DNA from: a virus
Direction: 5' to 3' (one strand)
IMG/VR virus record: IMGVR_UViG_637000270_000013
Length of the DNA stretch: 58,884 nucleotides
Shown: in pieces, positions 36,245 to 47,398 of the stretch
Layout of the letters: each line of letters starts with the position of its first letter
Position numbering within the stretch: the first letter of the stretch is position 1
The notes under the pieces: generated by a model
Database searches by the model: none
The model's input: the letters and a program-made list of their open reading frames with translations, nothing else
Told to the model about the DNA's origin: nothing
Made by a program: the position numbers and the translations under genes

Positions 36245-36290
36245 TCAGTGCGCCGTAAAGCCCCGTCTTTCAGAGCGGGGAGGATGTCAA
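36245..36290 (+). mobile_element. Collapsed IS200/IS605 (IS608-like) miniature element
   Basis: TTAC | 12 nt, AAAG, CCCCG hairpin CGGGG, AGGATG, TCAA. Confidence 0.7.
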
Positions 36291-36292
36291 AA

Positions 36293-37545
36293 CTAGACCG
36301 ACTTAAGAATTGCTAGAGTAAGCGAAGGGCCTTTGGCTGTTTTATCATCACTTCCTAAAAGATTAAACTCTTCTAAAACAATGTCTAAACTTTCGAGTAA
36401 AATATCATCTTTTATGTTTATACGAGAAATAGATGATAAATTATCAATTATTTTTTCCTTTGTACCAAGGAGCTTGATTGCCGTAACCATCGCAACGTAA
36501 AACTTAATATTTGTTATTGTTTTAGTATCGAGAGTGAACTTTTCTGAATTACTCTTTAAAACGGTATATTTCATGAGATGTTTGGAGTCCGTTAACTATT
36601 TGGGGATCCTTAATGGTTAATTTTTTTCCCGCGCTAATCGCTTTTGGTGTGATAATCGTCACGCCATTATTTAAATACCAGAAATCATCTGAATTTTCAT
36701 TTTGAAGCGTCATGCGAATTACTGTGTTTACTGTAACACTCCCTTGATAATCTCTGACGTTAGATTCAAAAATGCTTTTGATTAATGCCCCATTGTCGCA
36801 GATGAAATCATAGTACTTTGTTAAAGAGGCTAAACAAATATAACTTCCTGCCGAGATGCTTATGGGCTGTTCTGACACCTCTAATGTGCGTGAAGTAGAT
36901 TGTATATTGCGACTCATTTCCAGTAATGTGCTAGAGTCAATGAACTCAAACTCGAATGATGCATTGCTAAATAGTCTTTTTATATCTTCTTGGAGCTTAT
37001 GAACTTTGCTTTTTACATTCTCATGTATTTCAGACCTTAATCCTTGTGTGGCATAAAAAATATTATTACAAGTGTTGGAAAGGTTGTTGCTAATTTAGAA
37101 TAAGCATATTTTGAATATAGATGCTTTTTCTAACAAAAGCGGATTATATCTTTGCTTGAATTCAGCAATATCATTAGATAAATCGAAGAGATCTTTTGCT
37201 GTTTCACGAAATTTATTGATTGCGTCTTCTTTAAATGTAGGTGATGTCTTCGATTGAATTATAACTAATTCAATATGATTTTTCCGTATCTGTGTATTAA
37301 TTTTAGTATCTTCTTTTTGTAGTTCTTCATTTATGAATGTGAATATTAAATTAAATCCACTGTCGTCAATCCCTCCAACTATACTATATGTAATGTCATC
37401 ATATGTGACATCGTGGTTTTTAGTAATTTCTGATAACGAATAAATTTCAAAAAATCAGAGTCTGTTATTTCTTCATTAAGTTCGTTTTTTATCTTTTAAT
37501 ATTTTTTCAAGAATAATCTGATTATTTGTTTTTTTAACACGTTAA
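36293..37545 (-). pseudogene. AIPR-family (abortive infection phage resistance) gene, decayed
   Basis: IFESNVRDYQG, FWYLNNGVTII and QIVNGLQTS motifs; low GC; several frameshifts. Confidence 0.85.
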
Positions 37546-37786
37546 ACTCCTGGCTCTTATTTTATGTATTTAAAATACTGCAAAATGCATTATCTCATCC
37601 AGCAGAAGGCTTAGTTAGTAAGTCCATCGCGCTTCTTTCTCATGCATCTTGAAGTATACATGTACTTTTTGATGAAGGCTTCTATGAATTTTTTGCTGTT
37701 CTTCATTGAAGGGTTAAGAATCCATCACCGCATTGATTGAAAAATATACATCCAGTAATTGGGTTTAGCATCATCTTGTAAAAATA

Positions 37787-38173
37787 TCACTTCGCCGATA
37801 TTGCTTTTGATGCTCTAAACCCCGCCTGAAATAACGCCACATTCTCCAAGCAGCACGAACCCTCTTCAAATTCCACGACCGCCCCGCGATGTGGATATCT
37901 GGCTTTCATGTGCTTCTGGGCGGAAAGGGTGATTTGCTCTTGGTACTGGGTCAGTGTACTTAAATCAAGCGGTGGTGCGGGTTTGCGTTTGCTGAGTTTT
38001 TCCCATCGGGATGGATATTGCTGTTTCTCTGGCTTCAGCCCCAGCACCTTATCGATACGTGATACCACAAGTTCGCGCTGGACTGCTTCTGCCTTGCGTC
38101 TCGCGTGACGGCGAGTCGCTGCGTTTATTTTCTTAACCGGATTAACGGATTTACCATAAACGATAGTTTTCAT
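37787..38173 (-). CDS. N: N-type early antiterminator (P22-like)
   Basis: Arg-rich NAATRRHARR; C-terminal CLENVALFQAGFR; first gene of the pL operon. Confidence 0.85.
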   Translation of the reverse strand: MKTIVYGKSVNPVKKINAATRRHARRKAEAVQRELVVSRIDKVLGLKPEKQQYPSRWEKLSKRKPAPPLDLSTLTQYQEQITLSAQKHMKARYPHRGAVVEFEEGSCCLENVALFQAGFRASKAISAK

Positions 38174-38186
38174 GACCCCTCCAACA

Positions 38187-38314
38187 GATGGTTTTGGTGG
38201 TGTGTGGTGGCCGGTGCTGATCTTTGGCTTGGTTACGATGACCCGCGGGACGCCTTCCCACTATCGCGAGTAGTGTGCATCAGCCTGCACATTCACCACA
38301 CCCTAAAAACATCT
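38187..38314 (-). promoter_or_regulatory. Long N-leader hairpin (RNase III-type site)
   Basis: AGATGGTTTTGGTGGTGTG pairs imperfectly with CACCACACCCTAAAAACATCT. Confidence 0.55.
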
Positions 38315-38327
38315 GGGCAAAGGTTCG

Positions 38328-38375
38328 GCACGTTGTCGGTGCTTTCCGTAGAGCATGAAGCTCGTTGTAAAGATC
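38328..38375 (-). promoter_or_regulatory. nutL (boxA-like plus boxB)
   Basis: Minus strand GATCTTTACAA then GCAC-CGACAAC-GTGC. Confidence 0.7.
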
Positions 38376-38427
38376 ATGAGACCGTGTGTCTCGATGGTTA
38401 AAGAATACTCAAAATACTCTAAAAGTA

Positions 38428-38442
38428 AATACCTAAAGTATT
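38428..38442. promoter_or_regulatory. OL operator of prophage 2
   Basis: AATAC-N5-GTATT. Confidence 0.65.
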
Positions 38443-38659
38443 TAATTAATAATAAAAGGCGTATATTATTGATTTTGTTGTATTTAAATATTTTATTGCA
38501 TTACCGCTACTTAGGGTTGTCGCTTTGCAAGCCTAACGATACAAAGTGCGAATGCTAAACGAAATGAGGGGGAGAGGGGGCTGGGTTTAGGAGTAAAAGG
38601 GTGAGAGAAAGCGTTAGCCGATGCCCTTTGCTGTGGCTAACATGCTTATGTTATGGGAT

Positions 38660-39382
38660 TTAATCGAATGTTTTTTCAGGCCATTGCGCATGTATCACTT
38701 TTCCAACCAATTGACAGCTTTCATTACATGTGAGTAACGGGAAATGCGGATTTAACGGCTCTAAATAAAGAATCCCTCCATCTTTGATGTAACGTTTGAA
38801 GGTGAAATCACAACCATCCATGCTTGCTATACAAAAATCACCAGGCTCTACCAATTCTTTAGGATCTACGAGTATTAGCATTCCTTCTGGAAAACTTGGT
38901 CGTGAACCTGCTGGTGAGGTCATAGAGTGGCCTTCAACTTCCAACCAAAAAGCATTATCGCTTGCTTTTCGAGTAGTTGATACCCAGTCTCTAGCATCTG
39001 ATAAAGAGAATGCTTTTGCTTCATTTGTAAAGAAGCCTGCTTGAATTGTGCTGAACAATGGATAATCGTACGCTTTTTTGAATGCAGACATATTGCATGC
39101 ATTGCTCGCATTATTAATTAAGTATTGTGAAATGGTTTGCGCAAGAGAAGGGCTAAAATCCCCGATTGACACTTTTAGTAACGACGCGAACTCAGAGGCT
39201 ATCGGTACGTTTAACGGATTTCTACCATTAAGGTAATGACCTACGGCACCTTGAGAAATGCCAAGGTGGTCGGCTATTGTGTATTGGGTAAGACCCAATT
39301 CCTTCTTTTTTAACTCATACAGGGCTTTCAGGCGTGCTGCGTCAGCTTGTTGCTCTGGAGTTAAAGGTGTCTTCGTTTTCAT
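38660..39382 (-). CDS. cI: Lambda-like CI repressor
   Basis: [20 protein letters not shown] cleavage site, [10 protein letters not shown] and FTFKR motifs. Confidence 0.95.
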   Translation of the reverse strand: MKTKTPLTPEQQADAARLKALYELKKKELGLTQYTIADHLGISQGAVGHYLNGRNPLNVPIASEFASLLKVSIGDFSPSLAQTISQYLINNASNACNMSAFKKAYDYPLFSTIQAGFFTNEAKAFSLSDARDWVSTTRKASDNAFWLEVEGHSMTSPAGSRPSFPEGMLILVDPKELVEPGDFCIASMDGCDFTFKRYIKDGGILYLEPLNPHFPLLTCNESCQLVGKVIHAQWPEKTFD

Positions 39383-39393
39383 GACTGCATGAT

Positions 39394-39456
39394 AATACCA
39401 ATTGTATTGACGGCAAAATATGGGAGGTATTGTAATGAGGGAATACCTGATGTATT
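39394..39456. promoter_or_regulatory. Three OR operators of prophage 2
   Basis: AATA(C/T)-N5-GTATT at 39394, 39417 and 39442. Confidence 0.75.
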
Positions 39457-39487
39457 CTTTGTGTCGTGTATAAAACGGAGATTAACC

Positions 39488-39676
39488 ATGAGCAAAATGA
39501 CCCTAGTTGATTACGTTAAAGCTCACGGACAAACGAAAGCTGCATATGACCTTGGCGTCATTCAATGCGCAATTAGTAAAGCGAGCCGGGCGGGGCGTAA
39601 CATTTTTGTAACCGTTATGCCTGATGGGTCTGTAAAAGGTGAAGAAATAAAACCTTTCCCTAGTATTAAAAAGTAA
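39488..39676 (+). CDS. cro: Lambda-like Cro
   Basis: [19 protein letters not shown]...EEIKPFPS. Confidence 0.92.
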   Translation: MSKMTLVDYVKAHGQTKAAYDLGVIQCAISKASRAGRNIFVTVMPDGSVKGEEIKPFPSIKK

Positions 39677-39727
39677 AGATTTATGTAAGTTACCGAATTT
39701 TTCACAACGGACATTCGTCCTACGGAA

Positions 39728-39744
39728 GCCACTGACAACGTGGC
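39728..39744 (+). promoter_or_regulatory. nutR boxB
   Basis: GCCAC-TGACAAC-GTGGC between cro and cII; same loop as nutL. Confidence 0.7.
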
Positions 39745-39831
39745 GAACTCAACATCCCACAGTACCCACTCACTGTGACTTGCTCACGGCATTGTCACGT
39801 CTATTGATTACCACACAAAGGATTATCACTT

Positions 39832-40116
39832 ATGGATTATGCAAATCCAAGCAAACCTGACACACATGAGATTAACCGCGTCGAAACCGACCTGCTGCTG
39901 GCTATGTCTGCACTGACCCAGCGCAGCTTTTCAAAGCTGGCAGGGTGGAACGAATCCAAGGTCAGCCGCTACAACCTGCGCGACATGGCGACTGCAATGG
40001 TGATTTTAGGTCAAGCATGGGCAGTAAGTCCAATAGCTCAGCTAGCGAAACAGACGGTAGCTACTGTGTTGGCACCTAAAAAAAACGCCTCCAACACGAG
40101 CATGCTGGAGGCGTGA
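39832..40116 (+). CDS. cII: CII transcription activator
   Basis: LTQRSFSKLAGWNESKVSR motif; position after cro. Confidence 0.8.
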   Translation: MDYANPSKPDTHEINRVETDLLLAMSALTQRSFSKLAGWNESKVSRYNLRDMATAMVILGQAWAVSPIAQLAKQTVATVLAPKKNASNTSMLEA

Positions 40117-40158
40117 GACATAGCGAAGATATTCGTAAGTAGCGGAGAAATCAGAAAA

Positions 40159-40888
40159 ATGAGTATGTCATTGATGGCTAAGGCTATGAATATCAAAGTC
40201 GGTAACCCGATATGTAAACTGGTTCTCCTTAAGCTGGCTGATAATGCGAATGATAAAGGGGAGTGCTGGCCTTCTTACCAGCATATAGCTGACCAATGTG
40301 AAATTGGCAGATCAACAGTTAAAAGCCATATCAGGGCACTCGAACAAATGGGAATGCTGCGCAGGGCATTTCGCAAGAGCGGTGAGCTGAATCAATCCAA
40401 TCTGTTTTATCTCACGCTCGACAATTCAGTTAAGCACCCCCCTGAAAATAGTGTGGTAGGAGATGATCTAGGTCAGGAGCTGCCCCCATAACCAGTCACT
40501 CTTTTGAACCAGTTATGGAACCTAAAACCCCTTACCCCCTACCGGGGGCCTCTCCCCGGAACCGGCAGGAAAAAACCAAACCCCCAACCAAAACCTGACC
40601 AGCTTTCCACGCAGGACTATCAGGTAGCACTGGCAATCTACAACGACACGGTAGCCGACAGACTCCCCCACGCTGTAGAGCTTAACGACAAGCGGCGCGA
40701 GGGTATCAAACGACTCATGGGTCAGCTGGCACGAAAAGACCTTCAGGGGTTCCGGGCCTACGTGGAGGCGTTTGTGACCCACGCGCCGCCGTTTTACTTC
40801 GGGGGACAATGACCGGGGCTGGACGGCCAATCTTGACTACCTGCTTCGTGTTGACACCCTGACCAAAGTCCGGGAGGGCACGCTGTGA
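40159..40888 (+). pseudogene. Replication initiator (HTH), disrupted
   Basis: KLVLLKLADNANDKGECWPSY; frameshift or deletion near 40490; stop at 40812. Confidence 0.8.
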
Positions 40889-42226
40889 CAGACCAGGAAA
40901 TCGAAGCCAGTGTCATCGGTGGTCTGCTGCTAGGCGGTTACACGCCTGATGCGGCGGATGTCCTCGCTACGCTGCTGGATGACGACGCTTTCACCGCCAG
41001 CCTGTACCGTGAGACGTTCCGCGAAATTCGGCGGCAGGCGAAAACCCGTGGCTTGATTGACGGGCTGATGGTGGGTGAGGCGATGGGGAGCGGCAACTTT
41101 GGCGCGGTGATGGAAACGGCGAAGAAGTGTCCCAGCGCAGCGAATCTCAAGGGGTATGCGCGGGTACTGGCAGACTATCAGCGTGTGCGGCGGGCGCTTC
41201 ACGGCGTTGTTGGGCGATGGACTGGAGCAGATACGCCAATCCTCGAACCATGAACGTGCGTTGGCAGTGATGGGGCAGGTGTTAGCCTCCCTGCGTGATA
41301 TCGACTGCCCCGCCGACGAAGTCCGCCCAATGCATATCGACGAGCTGATAGCCCCCTACACCGCGCTTTTGGAAAAGTGTCTGAAGAATGGGGAAGCCTC
41401 GGACTCATTGAAAACGGGCATTGAGGAATTGGATGACATTCTTGGTGGTATCAATCCGGTGGACTTGGTGATTGTTGCCGCCCGTCCCGGCATGGGAAAG
41501 ACTGAATTTGCCTTGAAGGTGGCGGAGGGTGTCGCTGCACAGCATACCACACGCCAGATTGACACGGAGAACGGCGCGATAACTGAAATCGAACGCAAGG
41601 GTGTTTTGATTTTCTCGATGGAAATGGATGCGATGCAGGTTATCGAGCGCTCATTGGCGGGAGCCAGTCATCTCCCGGTTTCGACGCTACGCAAGCCTTG
41701 CCGGATGGATGACGGAGGTTGGGCAAGAGTATCTCAGGGACTTCGCCGCTTACAGGGGCTTGATGTTTGGGTCGTGGATGCATCATCACTGACCATCGAG
41801 CAGATACGAGCCATTTCTTACCGGCACAAGCTTGCCCACCCTGCGTTATCGCTGATTATGGTCGATTATCTGGGTCTGATTGAGAAGCCACGAGCAGAGC
41901 GTAATGACCTTGCCGTCGCGCATATTTCCGGCAGCCTCAAGCGTATGGCGAAGGAGCTGAAAACGCCGGTGATGTCGCTAAGTCAGTTATCCAGAAACGT
42001 AGAGCAGCGCACCAATAAGCGGCCTACCTGTGCTGATTTAAGAGATTCAGGCAGCATTGAGCAGGACGCTCTGATAGCATCATCATGCTCTACCGCGATG
42101 CGGTGTACAACGAGAATAGTCCAGCGGCGAAATACGCTGAACTCATTGTCGCCAAAAACCGGTTTGGCACGCAGGGAACCGCTTATCAGGAATTTTCATT
42201 GCAGCCCTTTTTGTTTGGGTGGATAA
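40885..42226 (+). pseudogene. Phage DnaB-like helicase, frameshifted
   Basis: [24 protein letters not shown] and [12 protein letters not shown] motifs. Confidence 0.92.
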
Positions 42227-42241
42227 ATTCAGAGGTGGTTA

Positions 42242-42679
42242 ATGGACAAAACACGCTTCCTGCTGCGTGATGAACGAATACGAGAAAACCTGAAAGCGTT
42301 TATTGATTCACTCCCCACCGACGAACACCGCCCTCTCGAAATTACCATCAACGACAGCACAAGAAATTTGCCGCAGAACAATTTGTTTCATGCGCTATGC
42401 ACCGATGTCTCTCGGCAAGTGTTGTGGGCAGATAAACCGCGTCCGCTTTTGGACTGGAAAGCGTTGTTCGTCTCAGGCCATGCCATCGCCACAGGCAGGC
42501 CGGGAGAAGTCGTTACAGGGCTGGAGGGGGAGTTTTGCAGCATCCGCGAGAGCACGGCTCAGATGGGCGTGAAGCGCATGAACAGTTTGATTGAGTACTC
42601 GCAAGTCTGGGCAGTGGGAAACGGCGTCAGGCTGTGGGAGGTGCGTTATTCAGGGGATTATTTTGGGAGAGTCGGATGA
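42242..42679 (+). CDS. ninB: NinB recombination protein
   Basis: [20 protein letters not shown] and GLEGEF..RESTAQM motifs. Confidence 0.85.
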   Translation: MDKTRFLLRDERIRENLKAFIDSLPTDEHRPLEITINDSTRNLPQNNLFHALCTDVSRQVLWADKPRPLLDWKALFVSGHAIATGRPGEVVTGLEGEFCSIRESTAQMGVKRMNSLIEYSQVWAVGNGVRLWEVRYSGDYFGRVG

Positions 42680-42877
42680 AGAAGAGCTGTTTCAGGTATG
42701 ACGGGTTAACCAGGAAGAGGCTGAACACCTCATCAGGCACTACGAAGGCAAGGATTATTGTGTTGTCAGGTCACTGAGCAGTAACCCGCAGTATTGGGAT
42801 GTCGTCGTCACCCTTCGCGAACAGAAATACCTCAAACCAACGCCACGCTCAATGGTTAACAAAATGTGGAACTGGAT

Positions 42878-43376
42878 ATGGCACTAAAATCAAACACCCG
42901 GCCAGAGCACAAAGATACATGGCGAACGCCGCACGAGGTCTTTCAGGCATTGAATGCAGAGTTCGGGTTCTGCCTTGACGCTGCCGCCGACCACGATAAT
43001 GCCCTGTGTCTCGACTATCTGACAAAAAGAGGATGATGCCCTGAGTTGCGATTGGCAGACTCGGGGTGCCATTTTCTGCAATCCCCCGTACAGCAATATC
43101 ATGCCGTAGATGAAAAAGGCCGCCGAGCAGTGTGCGGTACAGCAGCAGACTATCGTCATGCTTCTCCCTTCCGACACCTCGACGGCGTGGTTCGCTCAGG
43201 CACAGAAAACGGCAGATGAGGTGCGATTGTTGTTTATCAGCGCTGAAACCGGCGAGAAGGGCAAGGCGGGTAACAGCAAGAGCAGCGTGTTGTTCATCTG
43301 GCGACCGTGGCGAACCACCTCAAAAGGGATGACTACGGTAAGGAAGCAGGCGCTGATGAGCCGAATATGGGGGTAG
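42878..43376 (+). pseudogene. Phage N6-adenine methyltransferase, disrupted
   Basis: WRTP, FCLDAAA, FCNPPYS and LLPSDTSTAWF motifs; stop and frameshifts. Confidence 0.85.
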
Positions 43377-43378
43377 GT

Positions 43379-43840
43379 ATGGCACTGAAACGAGATAAGC
43401 ATGACGCGGTATTTTCTGAACTCGTCCGAGAAAGAACCAACTGGCAGTGCGATTACTGCGGTAACTATTTTCATCACGACCACGGTAATCTCCATTGCTC
43501 CCATTTCAAATCCCGCCGACACAAGGCGACCCGCTATCATCCCTTCAACGCCTTTGCTCACTGTGCGGGCTGCCACCGCAAATTAGGAGAAGACCCGTAT
43601 GAGTTTACGATGCACGCGAACATCACCTACGGAGAGATGACTATTGACCGCGTGGCGCATTTGGCAGCGATGCCAATACGCTTGAAGCCGTTGCAGATGG
43701 AGGAGATTTACCAGCACATGAAGGATGAACTCAAGCGCCTTAGGGAATTACTGGCTGGCGGAAATATCTGGCGCATCGAGTTCACGCTACCGGATTGGTA
43801 TCAGGAGGGCATTACCTATCGCATGGGGGAGGCAGCATGA
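43379..43840 (+). CDS. NinG-like HNH-type protein
   Basis: CDYCG, HCSHF and HCAGCH motifs. Confidence 0.7.
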   Translation: MALKRDKHDAVFSELVRERTNWQCDYCGNYFHHDHGNLHCSHFKSRRHKATRYHPFNAFAHCAGCHRKLGEDPYEFTMHANITYGEMTIDRVAHLAAMPIRLKPLQMEEIYQHMKDELKRLRELLAGGNIWRIEFTLPDWYQEGITYRMGEAA

Positions 43841-43995
43841 GACCACGAGGGCGGCTTACCGCGAGCGATATTCCGCTTGTCCGGGCGCTGCTGGCCTCCG
43901 GTATGCCGGTGGCGGAGGTGACGAGGAAATTCGAGGTTCGCAAGCAGAACATCTACAGCATCAAAAACGGCAAAAGCTGGGGAGCGGTAAAATGA
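43837..43995 (+). CDS. Small HTH protein
   Basis: [22 protein letters not shown]. Confidence 0.55.
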   Translation: MRPRGRLTASDIPLVRALLASGMPVAEVTRKFEVRKQNIYSIKNGKSWGAVK

Positions 43996-44397
43996 GAGAT
44001 ATTCAGCAGGTACTGGCGCGGTGGGGAGCATGGGCAGCCAATAATCGCGAAAATGTTTATTGGCGTCCAATTGCTGCCGGCTTCTCTGAACTTGTTCCAT
44101 CAAAAATTAAGTCCCGAGAGCAGTGCATTGATGATGACGGACTCATCATATCAAGATGTATAGCTTCCCTGAACAAGAAAAACCTAAATGCACATAATTT
44201 ATTATTTGACTATTACATTTTTGGTAAAAAATTTATGAAACTAGCGTCAGAGCATGGCTGTTCTGATTGTTATATCGGGAGAAAGTTGCAAAATGCTGAA
44301 GGGATTTTTGAAGGGTATCCTTATGGCCTTGGACGTCAGCCTGGAAATGGATCCTGATGTAAAAAGGCAGCCAGCCCCAAAATGTGTAGCAGCTTAA
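43992..44397 (+). pseudogene. Q: Late antiterminator Q, frameshift near the C-terminus
   Basis: [15 protein letters not shown]...[11 protein letters not shown]. Confidence 0.85.
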
Positions 44398-44618
44398 CAT
44401 TTGTTAAATAAGGGAAAAAATTTTACAATCGTAGAATCTTTGATATATTAATATAATATTGATGACTACATCAGATGATTTATATTACGTCAAGACCTCA
44501 ACTCCCTCTGGTGAGTTGGGGCTTTTTGCTATTGACAGCCACTGATTGCTGAATAAAATTATTAGGTCGCACATCTGATTGTTGTCCAGTCCGTATCAGT
44601 TTTGCACAGATGTGCGAT

Positions 44619-44646
44619 AAAGCCCCGGCTAATGCCGGGGCTTTTG
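44619..44646. terminator. Bidirectional intrinsic terminator
   Basis: AAAGCCCCGGC-taat-GCCGGGGCTTTT. Confidence 0.8.
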
Positions 44647-44659
44647 CTTTCTAAAGGTT

Positions 44660-44875
44660 TCAGCGCTGACTATCAGCTTTGCATTTTGGACAGAAGCGCG
44701 ATAGAAACTCGCACAGCCCCGTGGTTTTATCATTGAAACTTGAAGAGTGAAGTAATGCACTGAATTCTGATTCCAGCTGTTCAAACTTTTTCAGGTAATC
44801 GGCAGGGCTTAGCTCCTCGGACAGTCTGCGAAGGTATTCAAAAGCAAGTTGATGGGCTGTCGGTTTATTGTTCAT
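44660..44875 (-). CDS. Hypothetical protein between Q and lysis genes
   Basis: 71-aa ORF with AAGGA RBS ending at the terminator. Confidence 0.55.
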   Translation of the reverse strand: MNNKPTAHQLAFEYLRRLSEELSPADYLKKFEQLESEFSALLHSSSFNDKTTGLCEFLSRFCPKCKADSQR

Positions 44876-45039
44876 GGCGATGTCCTTTTCGTTATGGGTA
44901 GGCAGTCTGATAAGTACTGGTAACTCAAGTTAAGCATAATTCGTGTTTGACGCATTTTTCAAGGCTACGCTCCGGCGTGGCCTTTTTTCTGACTGATAGC
45001 CACCCCGGACGAGGTAGCGTAATAACTCCAAGAATACCC

Positions 45040-45216
45040 ATGGAAAAACTTACTACCGGCTCTGCCTACAGCTGGGGCTTTGTCACGTGCCTGCTGGGTG
45101 CGTTCTCGCTCAGTGAATGGGCATTGATTACCGGTATCGCCTGTACGCTGGCGACCTTTTTGCTGAACTGGATTTACCGGCATAAAGAATACCGTTTTAG
45201 GACGAAGCGCGACTAA
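45040..45216 (+). CDS. Class II holin (pinholin-like)
   Basis: MEKLTTGSAY, two TM helices, LNWIYRHKE. Confidence 0.85.
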   Translation: MEKLTTGSAYSWGFVTCLLGAFSLSEWALITGIACTLATFLLNWIYRHKEYRFRTKRD

Positions 45217-45690
45217 TGAATCCCGAGCTGCGTAACCGAGTGATAAAAGCCACAGTAGGCGGCGCTATCGCATTAGCGACCGTACTCATCCAATGGCACG
45301 AAGGCGTGCGCTACACGCCCTATCGGGATTCCGGTGGTGTGTTGTCGGTCTGTTATGGGCATACCATAGCGATATCGTTCCCGGTAAACGCTATAGCGCT
45401 GAGGAATGCCAGGCCCTACTGGAGAGTGACCTGAAAGCGGCAATGGCCGTCGTTGACGCCAATGTTACCGTACCACTGACTGAGAGCCAAAAAGCTGCGC
45501 TGGCCTCGTTCGTCTACAACGTCGGCAGCGGGGCGTTTGCGCGCTCTACGCTACTGAAGACGCTGAACGCCGGAGACAGAGCCGGTGCATGCGGCGCTGG
45601 AAGTATATTGACGGCAAGGTCTCGAAGGGACTGGTCAGTCGGCGGGCAGTAGAGCGCGAGTTTTGTCTGAAGCCTCTGTCATTCTTTAAT
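45216..45690 (+). pseudogene. SAR endolysin (R21-like), frameshifted
   Basis: VGGAIALATVLI SAR helix, EGVRYTPYRDSGGVLSVCYGHT and ASFVYNVG motifs. Confidence 0.9.
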
Positions 45691-45812
45691 CCAAATCAAT
45701 GGGCCTCGCATTCCGCGGGGCTTTTTTTCGCCTGCGCATCCTCGTGCGCATAAAACCAATAGTGATAAAGTATCAGAATATTGTCGTACTGCCAACATCC
45801 GAACAGCCGACT

Positions 45813-46368
45813 ATGAGCAGTCTTGAAATGGTCGATTACATTAACGCTGAACGTAAAGCTAAAGCAGAAGTTGAGGGGTTGAAGTTCCCATACAAGAAGT
45901 ATCGTCGTCTTCAACACAATAATTTCATGGCGAAAACGCCCAAAGTATTGGGTGAAAATCAATCTACTAAATTTTTAGCAGATTACACAGACGAAAAAGG
46001 TCGCACATATCCCTGCTACCGCTTCTTTAAGCGTGAAGCCTGTTTGATGGCAATGAGCTACAGCTACGAACTTCAAGCGCAGGTATTCGATCACATGACC
46101 GCTCTCGAAGGTGGCAAGGATATTAACCTGCTTGATTTTCTCCGGACTGGCAGAGATGGCAATCAGCGAGATGCAAAATCGTGTTGCAGCCGCTGAAAAG
46201 TTTTCCTTTAAGGAGCATGGTCAGGTAGGAAGCGCTTTGTTTACCCTGCGTAAGAAAGAAAAGAAAGCCATCAAGAAAGCTGAGCAACTGGTGAAAGATC
46301 TCATCCAATTTAAGTTGTGTGACATGGGTGACTTTCCCGACGCTGACGAGGATCCGGAAGCAGCATAA
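45813..46368 (+). pseudogene. Rha-like regulator in the lysis region, frameshifted
   Basis: MSSLEMVDYIN and YPCYRFFKREACLMAMSYS motifs. Confidence 0.75.
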
Positions 46369-46581
46369 AGGACTACACGCCATTCATTGAAAAGCATGTG
46401 GTCGCTGAACTGGTGAAGCAGGGCTATGAGCAATCGGTCGCCCTGAAGGGTGCAGACAGGGCGGTAGACCATTACCGCCGCAGTGCTTCCGCCAGTGCCA
46501 GGGGCAAGATGTTTGATGACTGCCTGCATATTGCCAAGGTGTGGCAAGTCAATATCAGCCGAAACGCAAGGGTGCTGCACG

Positions 46582-46950
46582 ATGAACACTGCTCTCGGTT
46601 GGCGGATGACCGCTCTCGCTATAGTGGTTAGAATTCAGAGCCTCGAAATCACCCGTCTGAAGCAGACCAACCAATCGATGGTCGCCGAGCGTGACGCCGC
46701 CCGCTCACAGTTTACCCACTATGAACAGGCGGTAGCGCTGTTCAACCAGATAGCCGGAGCAACACAGGATGCACATCAGCACGCGGTGCAGGACTTCCAG
46801 CTGCGTATCATCCAGATACGTGAGGCCCTTACGCCTGAGCGCTGTGCTCGTCTGTCTGTGCCTGCCAGTGCTGTTAACGGGCTGCGTACACACACAGACC
46901 AGATACCTGCCCATCCCGCCCGCGCCGATACCGGCCACGTTGCTCGATGA
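46582..46950 (+). CDS. Rz-like i-spanin with shortened TM region
   Basis: Near-identical to 13432-13821. Confidence 0.7.
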   Translation: MNTALGWRMTALAIVVRIQSLEITRLKQTNQSMVAERDAARSQFTHYEQAVALFNQIAGATQDAHQHAVQDFQLRIIQIREALTPERCARLSVPASAVNGLRTHTDQIPAHPARADTGHVAR

Positions 46951-47107
46951 CTGTCCACCGCCAGTTATCCCGGAGCGCATGACCTGGGGCGACAGCGTGA
47001 TACTCAATGAGAAGCTGCTGCTGGCATTGGAGATGTGCAATCAGGATAAAGCGGCGCTGAGGCAGATTGATGCAATGAGAGGCTTCAGCGATGCCCCCGA
47101 AAAGTAA
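46820..47107 (+). CDS. Rz1-like o-spanin
   Basis: LLTGC lipobox; near-identical to 13691-13957. Confidence 0.8.
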   Translation: MRPLRLSAVLVCLCLPVLLTGCVHTQTRYLPIPPAPIPATLLDDCPPPVIPERMTWGDSVILNEKLLLALEMCNQDKAALRQIDAMRGFSDAPEK

Positions 47108-47159
47108 GGTTCACCACGCTCTGCTGATATATCGATGACGCACAAGGAATGGGTAAAAG

Positions 47160-47225
47160 GTACTCCTGCGGGGGCCCCCTTGCCACGAGGCGGCGGCGCC
47201 CCCGAGGGAAACGGCTCATTTTTGG
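47160..47225. other. Probable cos region
   Basis: GC-rich GGCGGCGGCGCC segment resembling lambda cosN, about 200 bp upstream of terS. Confidence 0.55.
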
Positions 47226-47398
47226 GTTTTCATGCGCACAGCAGCAGGTCATTTAACCTATTGATAAAAATGATTAAATTAATAATCTACCTGTACATTT
47301 TGAAAAAACCATGTACAGGTGGATTGCGTCTAACAAAATGATTTTAAAGGGTATATTTGATTTTGAGCTGTACAGTTGAGCTGTGCATGAGGTGACAC

